56,770 bases of DNA from a virus (lineage: Duplodnaviria; Caudoviricetes), in the IMG/VR virus record IMGVR_UViG_3300045526_000101, positions 1 to 56,770 of that record; one strand, written 5' to 3'. Position 1 is the first letter of the stretch. The number at the start of each line of letters is the position of its first letter. The position numbers and the translations under genes were made by a program. Under the pieces are notes generated by a model. That model did not search any database. It saw only the letters and a list, made by a program, of their open reading frames with translations, and was not told where the DNA came from. Below, piece after piece: positions 56,703 through 56,770 of this stretch.

Positions 56703-56770
56703 TCTTCGTTTAATGCTCCTATGTCAATTAAATACCGGGCATAAGCCTCTTCCATTACTTCTGCGAATGG

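Overview
The window is most or all of a temperate tailed dsDNA phage or prophage of a Bacteroidota host. Host evidence: TANNTTTG-type promoters and genes typical of Flavobacteria/Cellulophaga-type phages. Layout: (i) a leftward early operon of small ORFs at 1-1480, probably continuing at 56770-54950; (ii) a non-coding, RNA-rich control region at ~1230-3350; (iii) a rightward lysis, packaging and structure block at 3354-43373 with HNH, amidase, GroES-like protein, terminase, portal, scaffold, MCP, a 1802-aa chaperone-tipped fibre, a u-spanin-like protein, ring/muzzle tail proteins and ejection proteins including a 2411-aa polyvalent protein; (iv) a leftward replication/recombination block with dNMP kinase, SSB, resolvase, primase-helicase, YqaJ and ERF; (v) an XRE repressor and tyrosine integrase. 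No DNA or RNA polymerase was recognised. The most striking unexplained signals are two minus-strand hammerhead ribozymes (type III at 1237-1290, type I at 675-733) bracketing a 605-nt cassette of three small ORFs, preceded by a structured ~200-nt leader; a genome-wide over-represented motif (C)AG(Y)TCGGG(G/A)G with ~40 copies; and a degenerate tRNA-like/hairpin RNA cluster at 2869-3050. All calls come from reading motifs by eye; no database searches were run and counts are manual.
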